Of a stretch of 64,000 nt of DNA, positions 1 through 10,344 are shown one piece after another. Every line of letters begins with the position of its first letter. Within the stretch, counting starts at the first letter, position 1. The DNA comes from Bacteroidota bacterium. Lineage in GTDB: Bacteria; Bacteroidota; Bacteroidia; 2-12-FULL-35-15. The stretch covers positions 30,904-94,903 of the forward strand of contig JAZKDU010000017.1 of the NCBI GenBank assembly GCA_040387415.1. The letters run 5' to 3'. The translations under genes and the position numbers were made by a program. The notes beneath the pieces are model-generated. The model did no database searches and had not been told where the DNA came from. It was given only the letters and a program-made list of their open reading frames with translations.

Positions 1-6
1 TATTAA

Positions 7-639
7 TTAGTTACGTTCATATTTAAAATACATCACAGCACCATAAATAATGTGCAATACGCCAAATCCTGCTGCCCAGAAATATAAACTATACCCCATA
101 AATACAGAGGCAAGCAAACCAAGTGCAATTTCACAAAAACCTAAGTATCGGATATCATTAAAAGTGTATTTACTGGCATTTATAAGCCCCAGGCCGTAAA
201 AAAGAAGGGTTGAAGGTGCTACCAGTGCAACCAGGCCATGATACAGCAGGACAAGACAAAACAGGCCTCCAGCAACCAACGGAATCAACAAATTAATTAC
301 TAAACGCTGTGACGTGGCATCCCAAATTTTAACACCACGCTTTTTTGAATTACGGATAGTCAGAAGTGCACCTATTGATACGGAAGCTGCCAGAACTATT
401 GCAGCATCCACTATTAAATAGATAACAACATCCATAAAAGCTGAATTATCCAATAAACGGTAAATGCCGTTCAACGAATTTAATTTTACAAATGCCGCGT
501 AAGCACCACACAAGGCAAAAATTCCGGCAAAAACTCCGGATAATCCACTTAAGGAAATACAACGTGATGAGCGTTCCATCATGGAACGGATATCTGTTAT
601 GGCTTTTAAATGCTCTGCTGAATTTGTCATAAAAATCAA
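7..639 (-). CDS. hypothetical polytopic membrane protein
   Basis: 210-aa ORF with about six hydrophobic helices and no recognisable catalytic motif. Confidence 0.45.
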   Translation of the reverse strand: MIFMTNSAEHLKAITDIRSMMERSSRCISLSGLSGVFAGIFALCGAYAAFVKLNSLNGIYRLLDNSAFMDVVIYLIVDAAIVLAASVSIGALLTIRNSKKRGVKIWDATSQRLVINLLIPLVAGGLFCLVLLYHGLVALVAPSTLLFYGLGLINASKYTFNDIRYLGFCEIALGLLASVFMGYSLYFWAAGFGVLHIIYGAVMYFKYERN

Positions 640-778
640 ATATTAAAAGTACTTTGTGATGCAAAGCTACTATGAAAATTCATCCTGTGCAAATTTATTT
701 TTGAAAAAAATAGTTAAAAGATATATCAATAATCTGAATTGCCTATTAATTAAGGATTTAACACAGGATAATTTTTTT

Positions 779-1168
779 TTAATTTATCTGATCTCCTACC
801 CTTTTCAGAATCAATTGGGTGATCCGCTTGTTTAGTGCCTGCTGATGCTGAAGATAAAAACCAAGCTCTTCCACTGTAAACAGACCTATAGTAAGGCCTA
901 TCAATTGCTGTTTAAATGCAGTATTTTTTTTAATCAGGTCTTCCAATTGCTTTTCAACAGGCAGCTGTGTGACCTTTTGATCCAAGTGTTGGTTCACCAA
1001 CGCCAGCAGAATTTCGTTTTGAAATTTCAGAATGGGTCTCAACGTAACATTCTGAAAGCCTTCCAAATCCAAACTTTCTCTGCTGTTATCAATTGTTATT
1101 TCCGGACGGATGTGCTGTAAGGATAAGGTTCTGTTCATGTAGGTCAATGGATTGGAAAATCTTGCCAA
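779..1168 (-). CDS. hypothetical protein
   Basis: 129-aa ORF. The overlapping plus-strand ORF 845-1120 is low-complexity and less gene-like. No recognised domain. Confidence 0.3.
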   Translation of the reverse strand: MARFSNPLTYMNRTLSLQHIRPEITIDNSRESLDLEGFQNVTLRPILKFQNEILLALVNQHLDQKVTQLPVEKQLEDLIKKNTAFKQQLIGLTIGLFTVEELGFYLQHQQALNKRITQLILKRVGDQIN

Positions 1169-1225
1169 TAAACAAAGATATTGTTAAATAATCAGCAACG
1201 AAAAGGTGTTTGAAATAAATGGAAT

Positions 1226-4021
1226 TTACCGAACTATTATTTTTTTAATCACAGTCTTAGTGCCACTTACAAAGTATATAAAATAAATACCGTTTTGCAT
1301 TGTTTTCCGTTCAATTATTAATTCTTTTCCTGTAAATTGAAATGTTCTTATTTCTTTACCTAAAACATCCTTTATTGTTACCTGGCTCTGCTTTTGATCT
1401 TCAGCGAAAACAATGGTGGTTTGAGAAGTAAAAGGATTTGGATAAATCGTCATCCTTATATCATTACTTATTTCTCCAATACCAGTTGTTAATGGATTTA
1501 CCGAAACAGAATCCTTTAGTGTATTGAATACCAATCCACTGCCAGATGCATCATTCGCACGATAACCTGATACAGATAATTGCATTGTTGCAGAACCAAT
1601 TAATGAAGTTTTAACTTTAAACTTGAAATTTGCTATTTTACCATATCCACTTGCATTCGTATGGTTGATACGTGTGATTGCGCCATACGCTGTATGCGCT
1701 AAAGCATCAATTTTAGATAATGTAAACACATTGGTCCCTGAATTACCTAACCAACTGCTTGGATATACAATGTATTCGGTACCTGGTTCTACCAAACCGC
1801 TTTCATAATCAATATTAAATGCTATTCCGTACAGATTGTTTGCAGGAGTTACAGAATTTCCAAGCCAAACTTCTACATTCACCCAATCTCCTGCACCATA
1901 AGAATTGCCAGAAGTAACAAAATATAGATTAGGAGCTGTTCTTTCAGTTAAATAACCACTGTTGCCGATTGTTGTAATTGCATGGGTCAGATTAAAGTTC
2001 TGATTAATCGCAAGGGTATCATTGTCATCAATTACACCATTCCCATTTGAATCACTATGCTTAATATCTGAGCCATTTGTTTGAAGTGTTCCCCAATCTG
2101 CAGACAAAAATCCAGTCCATAAATCACTGATGCTTGTTCTGGGAGTACCCGCTTGACCATAGTACAAGCCTATCGGAAGCAAATCATTATTATTCACCAA
2201 TGAATCATTATCAGTATCTCCGGGCCATACAAGCACGACACTATAACAAGATGAAGTATCGATACAACTGTTTTGAGTAACAATCACTGCATAACTGTTA
2301 TTATCAGTTGGGAGATAGCTTTGGTTGATTTGTCCTGTAACTGGTATGTTTCCGTTACTACAATTTATCCACTGATAAACTGCAGGTGATGCAGCTGCTA
2401 TAAACCCGGTATTAGAAATCGAAACAGCAGTATTTACAGTATTTACCGTTAAATGGGTAGTTACCGTACTATCACATCCATCAATAAATGAGGTAAATAC
2501 ATCAGTATAATTTCCGTTTGAGCTGTATATGTTTGTCCCAACAGTTATGCTATCGCCACTGCATATTGTATACGATTGAATTGACAGGTTAGCAGGCAAC
2601 ACTGTTAAATGAGTGGTGATTATACTATCACATCCATTCATAAATGAAACAAGAGTATCTGTATAATTACCGCTTGCGGTATAAAAACCACTTCCAATCA
2701 CTGCACTATCACCGTTACAAATTGTAACTGTCTGCTCATACAAAGTATCAGGTAATACGGTTAGGCTGGTTATTATTATACTGTCGCAACCGTGATAGGA
2801 TGATAACGAATCATAATAAGTTCCGCTTACAGAATAAGTATTACCATTAACTGTTACATTTTGTCCGGGACAAACCACATGAGCCTGGTTAATAATAGTA
2901 TCTGTGCATAAGAGGTTGTACTTAAATACTGTTCCTTTATTATTCAAACCACCATGATCCGTTAATCCATAAAGGAACATTCCGTCAGAAACAAGCCCCC
3001 CCCAGGGAGAAGTTCCTTTTAAGCTGTTAAAGTTCACTAGTGAAGAAAATCCTGTCCCATCCGCCTTTATTCTGTATAGAGTTCCATCAGTATTAGTCCC
3101 TCCACTCTGTGTCATTCCATAAAAGAAGTCACCTACAGGAAAAAGAGTACTGGCAGGGTTAACACCGTAAGAACTTCCAAATTCCCATAATTTTGTGTAT
3201 TCACTGCCATCAGGTTTTATCTTAAAAATGGTACCAAAATCATCAGTTCCCCCTTGGTAGGTAGTCCCATAAAAATAAACTCCGTCAAAAACAAGGGTGC
3301 CATAAGGTGAGCGGCCAGTAGTTGTACCTGCAAAATCAAACAGTTTTGTAAATTCTGTTCCATCCGGCTTTATTTTAAAAATTGTTCCAAAATTACTTGT
3401 CCCTCCCCACGAGGTTACACCATATAAATAGGTCCCGTCAAAAAAAAGTGCAGCCGCAGGATTGTTTCCATTTGCCGAACCCGTAAAATCAATCAATTTG
3501 GTATAGCTAGTTCCATCCGGTTTTATTTTATAAAGCACTCCCATATTAGAAGTCCCTCCTTTATGTGTTGTACCATACAAAAAAACACCATCTGAAATAA
3601 GCGGCCCTGGACTATTTCCATTTGCTGTACCTGTAAAGCTCAATAACCTTACAAAACTGGTTCCATCGGGTTTTATCTTAAATACAGTGCCTTTAGCATT
3701 TGCACCACCCTCCGTTGCTGTTCCATAAAGAAATGTTCCATCTGAAATGAGGGCTCCAAGCGGATAAAATCCGGTCGCTCCTCCATTAAAATCAAGTAAT
3801 TTAGTAAAGCCTGTTCCATCCGGTTTGATCTTAAACAGAGCACCGGCACCCATGGAACCACCTCCATATGAATTTCCATAAAGATAGGTTCCATCAGAAA
3901 TAAAAGTACCTCTGGAATACCCTCCATCCAATCCTGAAAAATCATACATCTTGTTAAATTGTGCTATTGAGGCATCTGAAAAAGCGAGAATTAATACTAA
4001 TAGTAAAATTATTTTTTTCAT
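1226..4021 (-). CDS. T9SS-secreted protein with tandem GloVer-type (choice-of-anchor) beta-propeller repeats and a T9SS C-terminal sorting domain
   Basis: N-terminal signal peptide. At least 10 copies of a ~48-aa repeat 'LYG.T..GG....GT[IV]FKIKPDGT.FTKL.DF'. Cys-rich middle repeats 'GCDSxxTTHLTV'. C-terminal ~80 aa 'IYPNPFTSQTTIVF...KIIVR' is typical of a T9SS sorting CTD. Confidence 0.75.
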   Translation of the reverse strand: MKKIILLLVLILAFSDASIAQFNKMYDFSGLDGGYSRGTFISDGTYLYGNSYGGGSMGAGALFKIKPDGTGFTKLLDFNGGATGFYPLGALISDGTFLYGTATEGGANAKGTVFKIKPDGTSFVRLLSFTGTANGNSPGPLISDGVFLYGTTHKGGTSNMGVLYKIKPDGTSYTKLIDFTGSANGNNPAAALFFDGTYLYGVTSWGGTSNFGTIFKIKPDGTEFTKLFDFAGTTTGRSPYGTLVFDGVYFYGTTYQGGTDDFGTIFKIKPDGSEYTKLWEFGSSYGVNPASTLFPVGDFFYGMTQSGGTNTDGTLYRIKADGTGFSSLVNFNSLKGTSPWGGLVSDGMFLYGLTDHGGLNNKGTVFKYNLLCTDTIINQAHVVCPGQNVTVNGNTYSVSGTYYDSLSSYHGCDSIIITSLTVLPDTLYEQTVTICNGDSAVIGSGFYTASGNYTDTLVSFMNGCDSIITTHLTVLPANLSIQSYTICSGDSITVGTNIYSSNGNYTDVFTSFIDGCDSTVTTHLTVNTVNTAVSISNTGFIAAASPAVYQWINCSNGNIPVTGQINQSYLPTDNNSYAVIVTQNSCIDTSSCYSVVLVWPGDTDNDSLVNNNDLLPIGLYYGQAGTPRTSISDLWTGFLSADWGTLQTNGSDIKHSDSNGNGVIDDNDTLAINQNFNLTHAITTIGNSGYLTERTAPNLYFVTSGNSYGAGDWVNVEVWLGNSVTPANNLYGIAFNIDYESGLVEPGTEYIVYPSSWLGNSGTNVFTLSKIDALAHTAYGAITRINHTNASGYGKIANFKFKVKTSLIGSATMQLSVSGYRANDASGSGLVFNTLKDSVSVNPLTTGIGEISNDIRMTIYPNPFTSQTTIVFAEDQKQSQVTIKDVLGKEIRTFQFTGKELIIERKTMQNGIYFIYFVSGTKTVIKKIIVR

Positions 4022-4349
4022 CTAAACTAATTTTTTTGAATACAATAAAAAGTCATTCTCTATAACTAACGGATTGGTTTATTATGTTAAATTTTTTCTA
4101 CTTAATGGTTAACAAATATAAATTATTATAATTTAATAATTCTATTTTCCTTTTGAGTCTGTTTTATAGTTAGAATATCTGAGCGTCTAATTTATTATAT
4201 GTACAATTTAAGATGAAAATAATAAAAGCAAACTTTTTTATTGAATATGCCTGATTTCATTTATTTGGTGAGGATCAATTGTATTAGAAATGAATAAACG
4301 GGGTTATCAGAAACGATTTCTAACTTGAGAATGTAATATTTGTAATCAA

Positions 4350-6452
4350 TTAATTTTGATCTACCGGAATGTAAATATCAAATTTAGCGCCTTTTTTTAG
4401 CTTCCCCATGGCTGTAATTACTCCATTATGGTTTTCAACAATTTTTTTACAGATGGCAAGGCCAATACCAGTGCCTTCGTACTTTTCGCTGGTATAGAGG
4501 CGTTGGAATACTTCAAAAATCCGGTCCTTATATTCCGAATCGAAGCCGATGCCATTATCGGAAATAGAAATATGGCTGTAGCTTAATTTAGGAGATATTT
4601 TAGGAATTTTTAATTTACTGCCTTTCACCGTTTTACAGGATATTTTGATGTGAGGCTGCCGGCTGGATGTGGTAAATTTAAGCGCATTACTGATCAAATT
4701 ATGAATTACCTGTTGAAACTGAAAGGGAATGATATTAATTTCGCAATCGGCATTAAAATCTATAATCGCATTTTTTTCTCTGATAATTTCTTTATAGTCC
4801 TCAATAATTTCTAATGCGATCACTTTGAATTCCTTTTTCTCAAAATTAAACGATGCATTTTTAACTCTTGAATATAACAGCAAGTCATTCAACAACTTAC
4901 GCATTTTCTGCGAAGTCTGATAGCTCTTTTTCAAATACATTTTGCCTTCTTCCGATAACCTGTCTTTTTCTTCCGACAATAAAACACTAATCAGATTCTG
5001 GATCTTACGCAACGGTTCCTGCAAATCGTGGGTGGAAATAAAATTAAATACCTCCAAATCTTTATTCTTGCTTTCCAACTCCCGGATCTTCATATCAATC
5101 TCCGACTTTAGCTGCATTTCCTTCGTAATATCGATAAGAAAAGTATACATCTGCTTTTTCTCAACATTTACTTTCACGTATGCGTTCACCCAAAAACGAC
5201 TGCCATCCAATCTCTTCATTTCCTGGATACTATGTAATTCCCCTCTTTCTTTTATTAGAGCAATATTTTTTTCAACAGCTTCAGGGTTTACATAATGCAG
5301 TCTTCCATCAAAATGCTCAACAAATTCTTTTTTTGATTTATAGCCAAAAGTTTTGGCCGCCACATCATTTACTGCCATTGGCTTCACCGCACTGGTATCA
5401 CTAATAAATATGGATACTGCGGAATTGTCAAACAACTCTTTGTAATTGGCCTCGCTGGTTTGGATTTTTTCAAAAGCCAGCTTACGTTTGGTTACATCTT
5501 TACGGATGGCCAGGTATTTATAGGGCTTGCCATTATTATCAAGAAAAGGTACAATAGTAGTTTCAACCCAATAAAAAGTGCCGTCCTTCGCCTTATTTTT
5601 AACTTCCCCTTTCCATACATTTCCGCTGGATATGGTTGACCAGAGTTTTTTCATAAACTCTTTCGAATGATAACCTGAATTAAGAACCCGGTGGTCCTTG
5701 CCAATTATTTCATCTTTTGAATATTTTGTAACAATGCAAAAATTATCATTTACATCCTGTATAATCCCATTTTTATCAGTCACAGAAACAATAGTGGATA
5801 CTTCAAGCGCATATTTGTAATCAGCAATATCTTTATATATCAAATCTAACTGAGCAGAACTTTCACTTACCTTTTTTTCGAGATCTTCATTCCTCCGGTG
5901 TATTTCCATGGAACGCTTCATAACCTCTATCTCCATTTCAAGAGCACGGGATGGTATAGCTTGTGCTGAATTTACCGGATTTTTTTTATTTTGAGAAATT
6001 ACAAAACCCGAAACATCCTCCATTCGGAGAATAAAGTATTCTACTTCATTTTGTTTATTTAATACCGGACTATTCAGCATATTCCAATACTTTTCTTCAA
6101 AGGAACCATCCGGTTTCAGCATATCTAACCTTTGCAGCGAAATAGCATGTGAAATTTTATTTTTTATTATAAAGTTTAAGGATTCCATTAACTGAAAACT
6201 GGCGTTGCCCGTTTTGTCTTCCGGGTTAGATGGAAAAGCATCATAAAAATATTTATCTATCAGATTCTCACGCTTGGTTTGCGTAGCTTTTAAATACTCT
6301 TCACTTACGCCAACAATGGTAAAATCATGACAAAGCACTAAATATGAGCACGGTACAGATTCAAAAATAGTTTTAAAATCTACTTTTTTAACCAATACAA
6401 GAGTGTCCTTGGAAGCAAATTCCTTTTTTGATATAATATCTCTCTTCTGCAT
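4350..6452 (-). CDS. multi-PAS sensor histidine kinase
   Basis: PAS-like repeats. H-box 'STHDLQEPLRKI'. C-terminal HATPase_c region 'SISDNGIGFD...GTGIGLAICKKIVENHNG'. Confidence 0.85.
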   Translation of the reverse strand: MQKRDIISKKEFASKDTLVLVKKVDFKTIFESVPCSYLVLCHDFTIVGVSEEYLKATQTKRENLIDKYFYDAFPSNPEDKTGNASFQLMESLNFIIKNKISHAISLQRLDMLKPDGSFEEKYWNMLNSPVLNKQNEVEYFILRMEDVSGFVISQNKKNPVNSAQAIPSRALEMEIEVMKRSMEIHRRNEDLEKKVSESSAQLDLIYKDIADYKYALEVSTIVSVTDKNGIIQDVNDNFCIVTKYSKDEIIGKDHRVLNSGYHSKEFMKKLWSTISSGNVWKGEVKNKAKDGTFYWVETTIVPFLDNNGKPYKYLAIRKDVTKRKLAFEKIQTSEANYKELFDNSAVSIFISDTSAVKPMAVNDVAAKTFGYKSKKEFVEHFDGRLHYVNPEAVEKNIALIKERGELHSIQEMKRLDGSRFWVNAYVKVNVEKKQMYTFLIDITKEMQLKSEIDMKIRELESKNKDLEVFNFISTHDLQEPLRKIQNLISVLLSEEKDRLSEEGKMYLKKSYQTSQKMRKLLNDLLLYSRVKNASFNFEKKEFKVIALEIIEDYKEIIREKNAIIDFNADCEINIIPFQFQQVIHNLISNALKFTTSSRQPHIKISCKTVKGSKLKIPKISPKLSYSHISISDNGIGFDSEYKDRIFEVFQRLYTSEKYEGTGIGLAICKKIVENHNGVITAMGKLKKGAKFDIYIPVDQN

Positions 6453-6513
6453 AAATTATCTTAATTCGGGGCCAAACATTTAATCCATTGATTTTAAACC
6501 TATTAGCCATTAA

Positions 6514-6984
6514 CTAATTTAAATTATAGTCCTTGCTGTTAAAAACAAATTTGTCCCTGGCGGGCCTTTCCGGAAATTTAATTATGCGATCTAAAATCCC
6601 CTGAATATTTTTTGTTAAGTCCAGATAATCACATTTTTGCAAATAATAATGTGCACCTTTTTCATACAGCATATCTGCAATATCATCATGTGCAGAGGTT
6701 GAATATATAATTACAGGAATATCCTTTAATTTAGAATTTAATTTTATTTCCGTCAGGCATTCAATGCCGTTCTTTCTAGGCATATTAATATCTAAAAAAA
6801 GAACATCAGGCAGTTTATCTGAATTTTCTGCCAGGTAGGTCATCAATCGTTCACCATCGGAGGCTATGGAAAGTTTAGGAACAAAAGGCAATTCCTTTAA
6901 AGCTTTCTTAAAGAAAAAACAATCGTCCTTATCATCATCTGCAAGTAGTATGGTAAGACTAGTAGATTGTGTTATTGATTTCAT
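6514..6984 (-). CDS. single-domain response regulator (CheY/Rcp-like receiver)
   Basis: 'ILLADDDKDDCFFFKKALKEL...VLFLDINMP' receiver motifs. The ORF track extends to 7080 but the internal Met (MKSITQ) is the likely start. Lies immediately downstream of the PAS kinase. Confidence 0.75.
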   Translation of the reverse strand: MKSITQSTSLTILLADDDKDDCFFFKKALKELPFVPKLSIASDGERLMTYLAENSDKLPDVLFLDINMPRKNGIECLTEIKLNSKLKDIPVIIYSTSAHDDIADMLYEKGAHYYLQKCDYLDLTKNIQGILDRIIKFPERPARDKFVFNSKDYNLN

Positions 6985-7428
6985 TATTAAATAATTTGTT
7001 TGAGAAATTAATATGCTTTTTTGGGTAGCAATCGTTTTTAACTGATGCTCAACCCTATTTAAATTCCGACTGATGACCATTTTTTGCAGATTAAAAATAA
7101 CGTTATTTACACAAATTACTGATAATCAATAAATTAAAATTTCACAAAACTAAATGTCGGCAAACTTATTTCAAATTTTAATACAATCCTAATTTCAGCC
7201 AAATATTCATCTAGATTATAATCATATTTATCGACAATATTTAATACTTAAACTAAACTTTAAAGCCAGATGCCAAATTAAAAAAGAACAAAATAATACC
7301 CCATTTTGCAAACAGCCTGCTATCTGCCATAAAGCGCATTTTTTTAATTCCTTCTGACAAAAAAATGTAAGTTTGCAGCAAAAATAAAACGGGTAATATT
7401 TCCCCAATACCATAAATAAATAGTTAAA

Positions 7429-8661
7429 ATGAGAATAATTAAGGCCAGAGTACACACATTACTACTATTTACTTTTTTCCTATTTAGTGTAACCACAAAC
7501 GCTCAATATTCGGGTAAACTGTTATTACCTGCATTAAACCTTGTACCTGCTGGCATTAGTAAAACCAGCTTTGAAGCATACTCTGGTAAAAGTGAAAAGC
7601 TGAAAATAGAAATGCTGAAACTGATTGATGAAAAAAAAGCATTGAACCAGAAATGCAAGGATCTGGAAACAGATACCCCCTCAGAAAAACAGTGTCAAAA
7701 AGATTTGGCACAACTAACCATTAAGGTGAATGAACTTATTCCCAAAATCAATACCTTTAATAGTGAATTGGAAGAAATTGTGTTTAAAGACCCGTCTTTG
7801 GATAAAATTTCGATGCTTACCTACTTTTCCCTTAAAAAGGATGCAAAAGCCTGGGATGAGTTTCAGCAAAATGTGGCTGCCGCCAAAACAAAATTGGAAC
7901 AGGATAAAATAAGAATTCAGCAAGAGCTTACTAAACTAAGCAGTAAAAAGCAACAAACAAAGGTACCTTTTACTGAAGGGGTTATATTAAGTATGTTCAA
8001 TGAAGAAGCGTTAAGTGCAGCCGATAACCTTAAAAGTCCGTTTACCGGTGAAAGCTACAAGGAAACAGCTACAGCTGATAATAGTTCGGGTAAAGGAACT
8101 GTTATAGTATCCTTTGGTATTTCACAGCAGGAAAGTGAAATAATGGAAAAAGCAGGCAAAGGCAGCGCTTATTCTTCCACCGAAAATTTTTCACTGGCTT
8201 CTGCACGCTCCAAAGGCGAATTTGATAAATTAAAAGATAAAAAATTCAACCGCTTGATTGCACATAGCAATGGCGCTACAGTTGCCGAATGCCTTTTAAA
8301 AAATTCAGCCATTGAAGTGAAGGAACTAAACATTATTGGTGGCGACAAATCACTATTAAATGGAGCGGCCTTACAGCAATTGCTTGACAAAGGAACCGTA
8401 AAACGCATTGTAGTATGGATTAACCTGGATGATCCCAATGTATGGATAACAACTCCTGATAAAGGAAAGATCATTGACCGCACCGAAAAATTTATTTCAT
8501 ACAAAAATGCACATGAATGGGATGATAATAAAACAGGTGCTGCAAAAGTGGAATATAAATGGATATTAGGCAATAGCAGCCTTGCTGCTTTAAATGAAAA
8601 AGATCCGCAGTTTATTGAAACTTATTTTAGAGAAATTTCGAAGGAATTTAAGTCAAAATAA
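7429..8661 (+). CDS. secreted coiled-coil protein of unknown function
   Basis: Signal peptide 'LLLFTFFLFSVTTNAQ'. Long K/E-rich coiled-coil region. C-terminal part with 'LIAHSNGATVAEC' (A-H-S-x-G, resembles a serine-hydrolase nucleophile elbow). Confidence 0.55.
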   Translation: MRIIKARVHTLLLFTFFLFSVTTNAQYSGKLLLPALNLVPAGISKTSFEAYSGKSEKLKIEMLKLIDEKKALNQKCKDLETDTPSEKQCQKDLAQLTIKVNELIPKINTFNSELEEIVFKDPSLDKISMLTYFSLKKDAKAWDEFQQNVAAAKTKLEQDKIRIQQELTKLSSKKQQTKVPFTEGVILSMFNEEALSAADNLKSPFTGESYKETATADNSSGKGTVIVSFGISQQESEIMEKAGKGSAYSSTENFSLASARSKGEFDKLKDKKFNRLIAHSNGATVAECLLKNSAIEVKELNIIGGDKSLLNGAALQQLLDKGTVKRIVVWINLDDPNVWITTPDKGKIIDRTEKFISYKNAHEWDDNKTGAAKVEYKWILGNSSLAALNEKDPQFIETYFREISKEFKSK

Positions 8662-8808
8662 TCTTTCAGAAGAAAGATGAAATAATTTCTTTAATTTTAT
8701 AGCCGGTTTGTTTTTTGTTAAAACAAGAAAGGCTATTAAGGTGTTATCTATTAAATGCTTAATAAGCGAATTTAAAACTTTTAATAATTACAATTAAGGA
8801 CACAAATT

Positions 8809-9339
8809 ATGGAAACTGCAATTTTTGGAGCAGGGTGCTTTTGGTGTGTAGAAGCACAATTTCAATTGCTTAAAGGAGTTGAATCTGTTATATCAGGGTT
8901 TTCAGGCGGTTTTGTTAAAAATCCTGCTTACAAAGAAGTATGCAATGGTACAACAGGACATGCAGAAGTGTGTGAAATAAAATATGATCCTGCCCAGATA
9001 AGTTATGACGAACTATTAGCCGCTTTCTGGAAATCCCATGATCCTACTCAATTAAACCGACAAGGCAACGATATTGGAACACAATACCGTTCCGTGATTT
9101 TTTATGTGAATGAAGAACAAAAAAAACTGGCGGAACAGTACAAGAAAAAATTAGAAGAATCCGGCATCTGGGATCAGCCAATTGTAACTGAAATCAGTCC
9201 ATTTACTGTTTTTTATAAAGCGGAAGATTACCATATGAACTATTTTAACCAGCATGGGGAGGAATCCTATTGCCAGTTTGTAGTGATGCCGAAAGTAGAG
9301 AAATTTAAAAAAGTGTTTAAAGAGAAATTGAAAAGTTAA
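8809..9339 (+). CDS. msrA: peptide-methionine (S)-S-oxide reductase MsrA
   Basis: 'GAGCFWCVEAQF' active-site motif, 176 aa. Confidence 0.9.
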   Translation: METAIFGAGCFWCVEAQFQLLKGVESVISGFSGGFVKNPAYKEVCNGTTGHAEVCEIKYDPAQISYDELLAAFWKSHDPTQLNRQGNDIGTQYRSVIFYVNEEQKKLAEQYKKKLEESGIWDQPIVTEISPFTVFYKAEDYHMNYFNQHGEESYCQFVVMPKVEKFKKVFKEKLKS

Positions 9340-9359
9340 AAAGGGGAAAGGGGCGCATA

Positions 9360-10337
9360 ATGCTAAAAGGTAAACAATTAATTATTGCAACAAAGCCATT
9401 CGCGAAAGAAATTCGCTGGAAGAGCTGGTTTCATACTATTTCTTCTCTTTTACTGCTGGTAGCTTCTTTATTGGCCACAATTTATATTCCGGCCATTTGG
9501 GCAAAAATACTATGCAGTATTTTCAGCGCTATGCTGTTATCGCGCTGTTTTATCATTTTTCATGATTACCAGCACCATACCATACTTCATAAATCACCGG
9601 TGGCCAATGTTATTTTCACCATTTTTGGTGCATACATGATCACTCCGCCCAATATCTGGAAACGATCGCATGATCATCATCACAATCACAATGCTAAGCT
9701 GTTTAGTGTAAGCATAGGCTCCTTCCCTATCATGACCAAACAAAAGTTTCTGGAAGCATCTAAAATGGAGAAGTTTGTTTACTTATCCATCCGCCATCCT
9801 ATAAATATGTTTTTCGCCTATTTTACTACTTTTATGTATGGTATGTGCATTCAGTCGTTTTTAAGCAACCCTCGCAGGCACTGGGATTCCATGTTGGTGC
9901 TGGCTATCCATTTCGGTATTGCTGTGTTTTTGTTTGTACAGTTTGGCTGGATTATATGGTTTCTTACTTTCTTTCTGCCGTTTTTTCTGTCGCACATGCT
10001 GGGCTCCTACCTGTTTTACGCACAACACAATTTTCCGGGCGTTATTTTCAGAAGTAATGTTGACTGGAGCTATGCCGATGCAGCCTTGGAATCATCCAGC
10101 TATATGGCTATGAATCCGTTTTTTGAATGGGTAACCGCTAATATTGGGTACCACCATATTCATCATTTGAACTCAAGAATTCCTTTTTACCGTTTGCCGG
10201 AGGCTATGGCGGCAATACCGGAACTGCAAAACCCAAAAGTGACTACCTTAAAGCCAAACGATATTATTGCCTGTTTGCGGCTTAAAATATGGGATCCTGA
10301 GCAAAATCAGATGACACCTTTGCCCGAAGCTTATTAA
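9360..10337 (+). CDS. membrane fatty-acid desaturase family protein
   Basis: Three His boxes: 'HDYQHH', 'HDHHHNH', 'HHIHH'. Several TM helices. Starts 20 nt after msrA. Confidence 0.75.
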   Translation: MLKGKQLIIATKPFAKEIRWKSWFHTISSLLLLVASLLATIYIPAIWAKILCSIFSAMLLSRCFIIFHDYQHHTILHKSPVANVIFTIFGAYMITPPNIWKRSHDHHHNHNAKLFSVSIGSFPIMTKQKFLEASKMEKFVYLSIRHPINMFFAYFTTFMYGMCIQSFLSNPRRHWDSMLVLAIHFGIAVFLFVQFGWIIWFLTFFLPFFLSHMLGSYLFYAQHNFPGVIFRSNVDWSYADAALESSSYMAMNPFFEWVTANIGYHHIHHLNSRIPFYRLPEAMAAIPELQNPKVTTLKPNDIIACLRLKIWDPEQNQMTPLPEAY

Positions 10338-10344
10338 TAAGGGA

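Noticed and set aside
845-1120. 91-aa plus-strand ORF overlapping 779-1168
   Set aside because: Low-complexity Q/L/F translation, no signal or motif. I kept the minus-strand ORF as the (weak) call.
3673-3945. Short ORFs nested inside large genes (e.g. 3673-3945, 4942-5295, 8169-8573, 55507-55830, 57506-57979)
   Set aside because: All lie antisense or out of frame within well-supported long CDSs. Typical six-frame noise.
7081-7428. 75-aa ORF 7228-7455 in the AT-rich spacer upstream of the secreted coiled-coil gene
   Set aside because: Runs through a promoter-like AT-rich region and overlaps the next gene start. No coding features.
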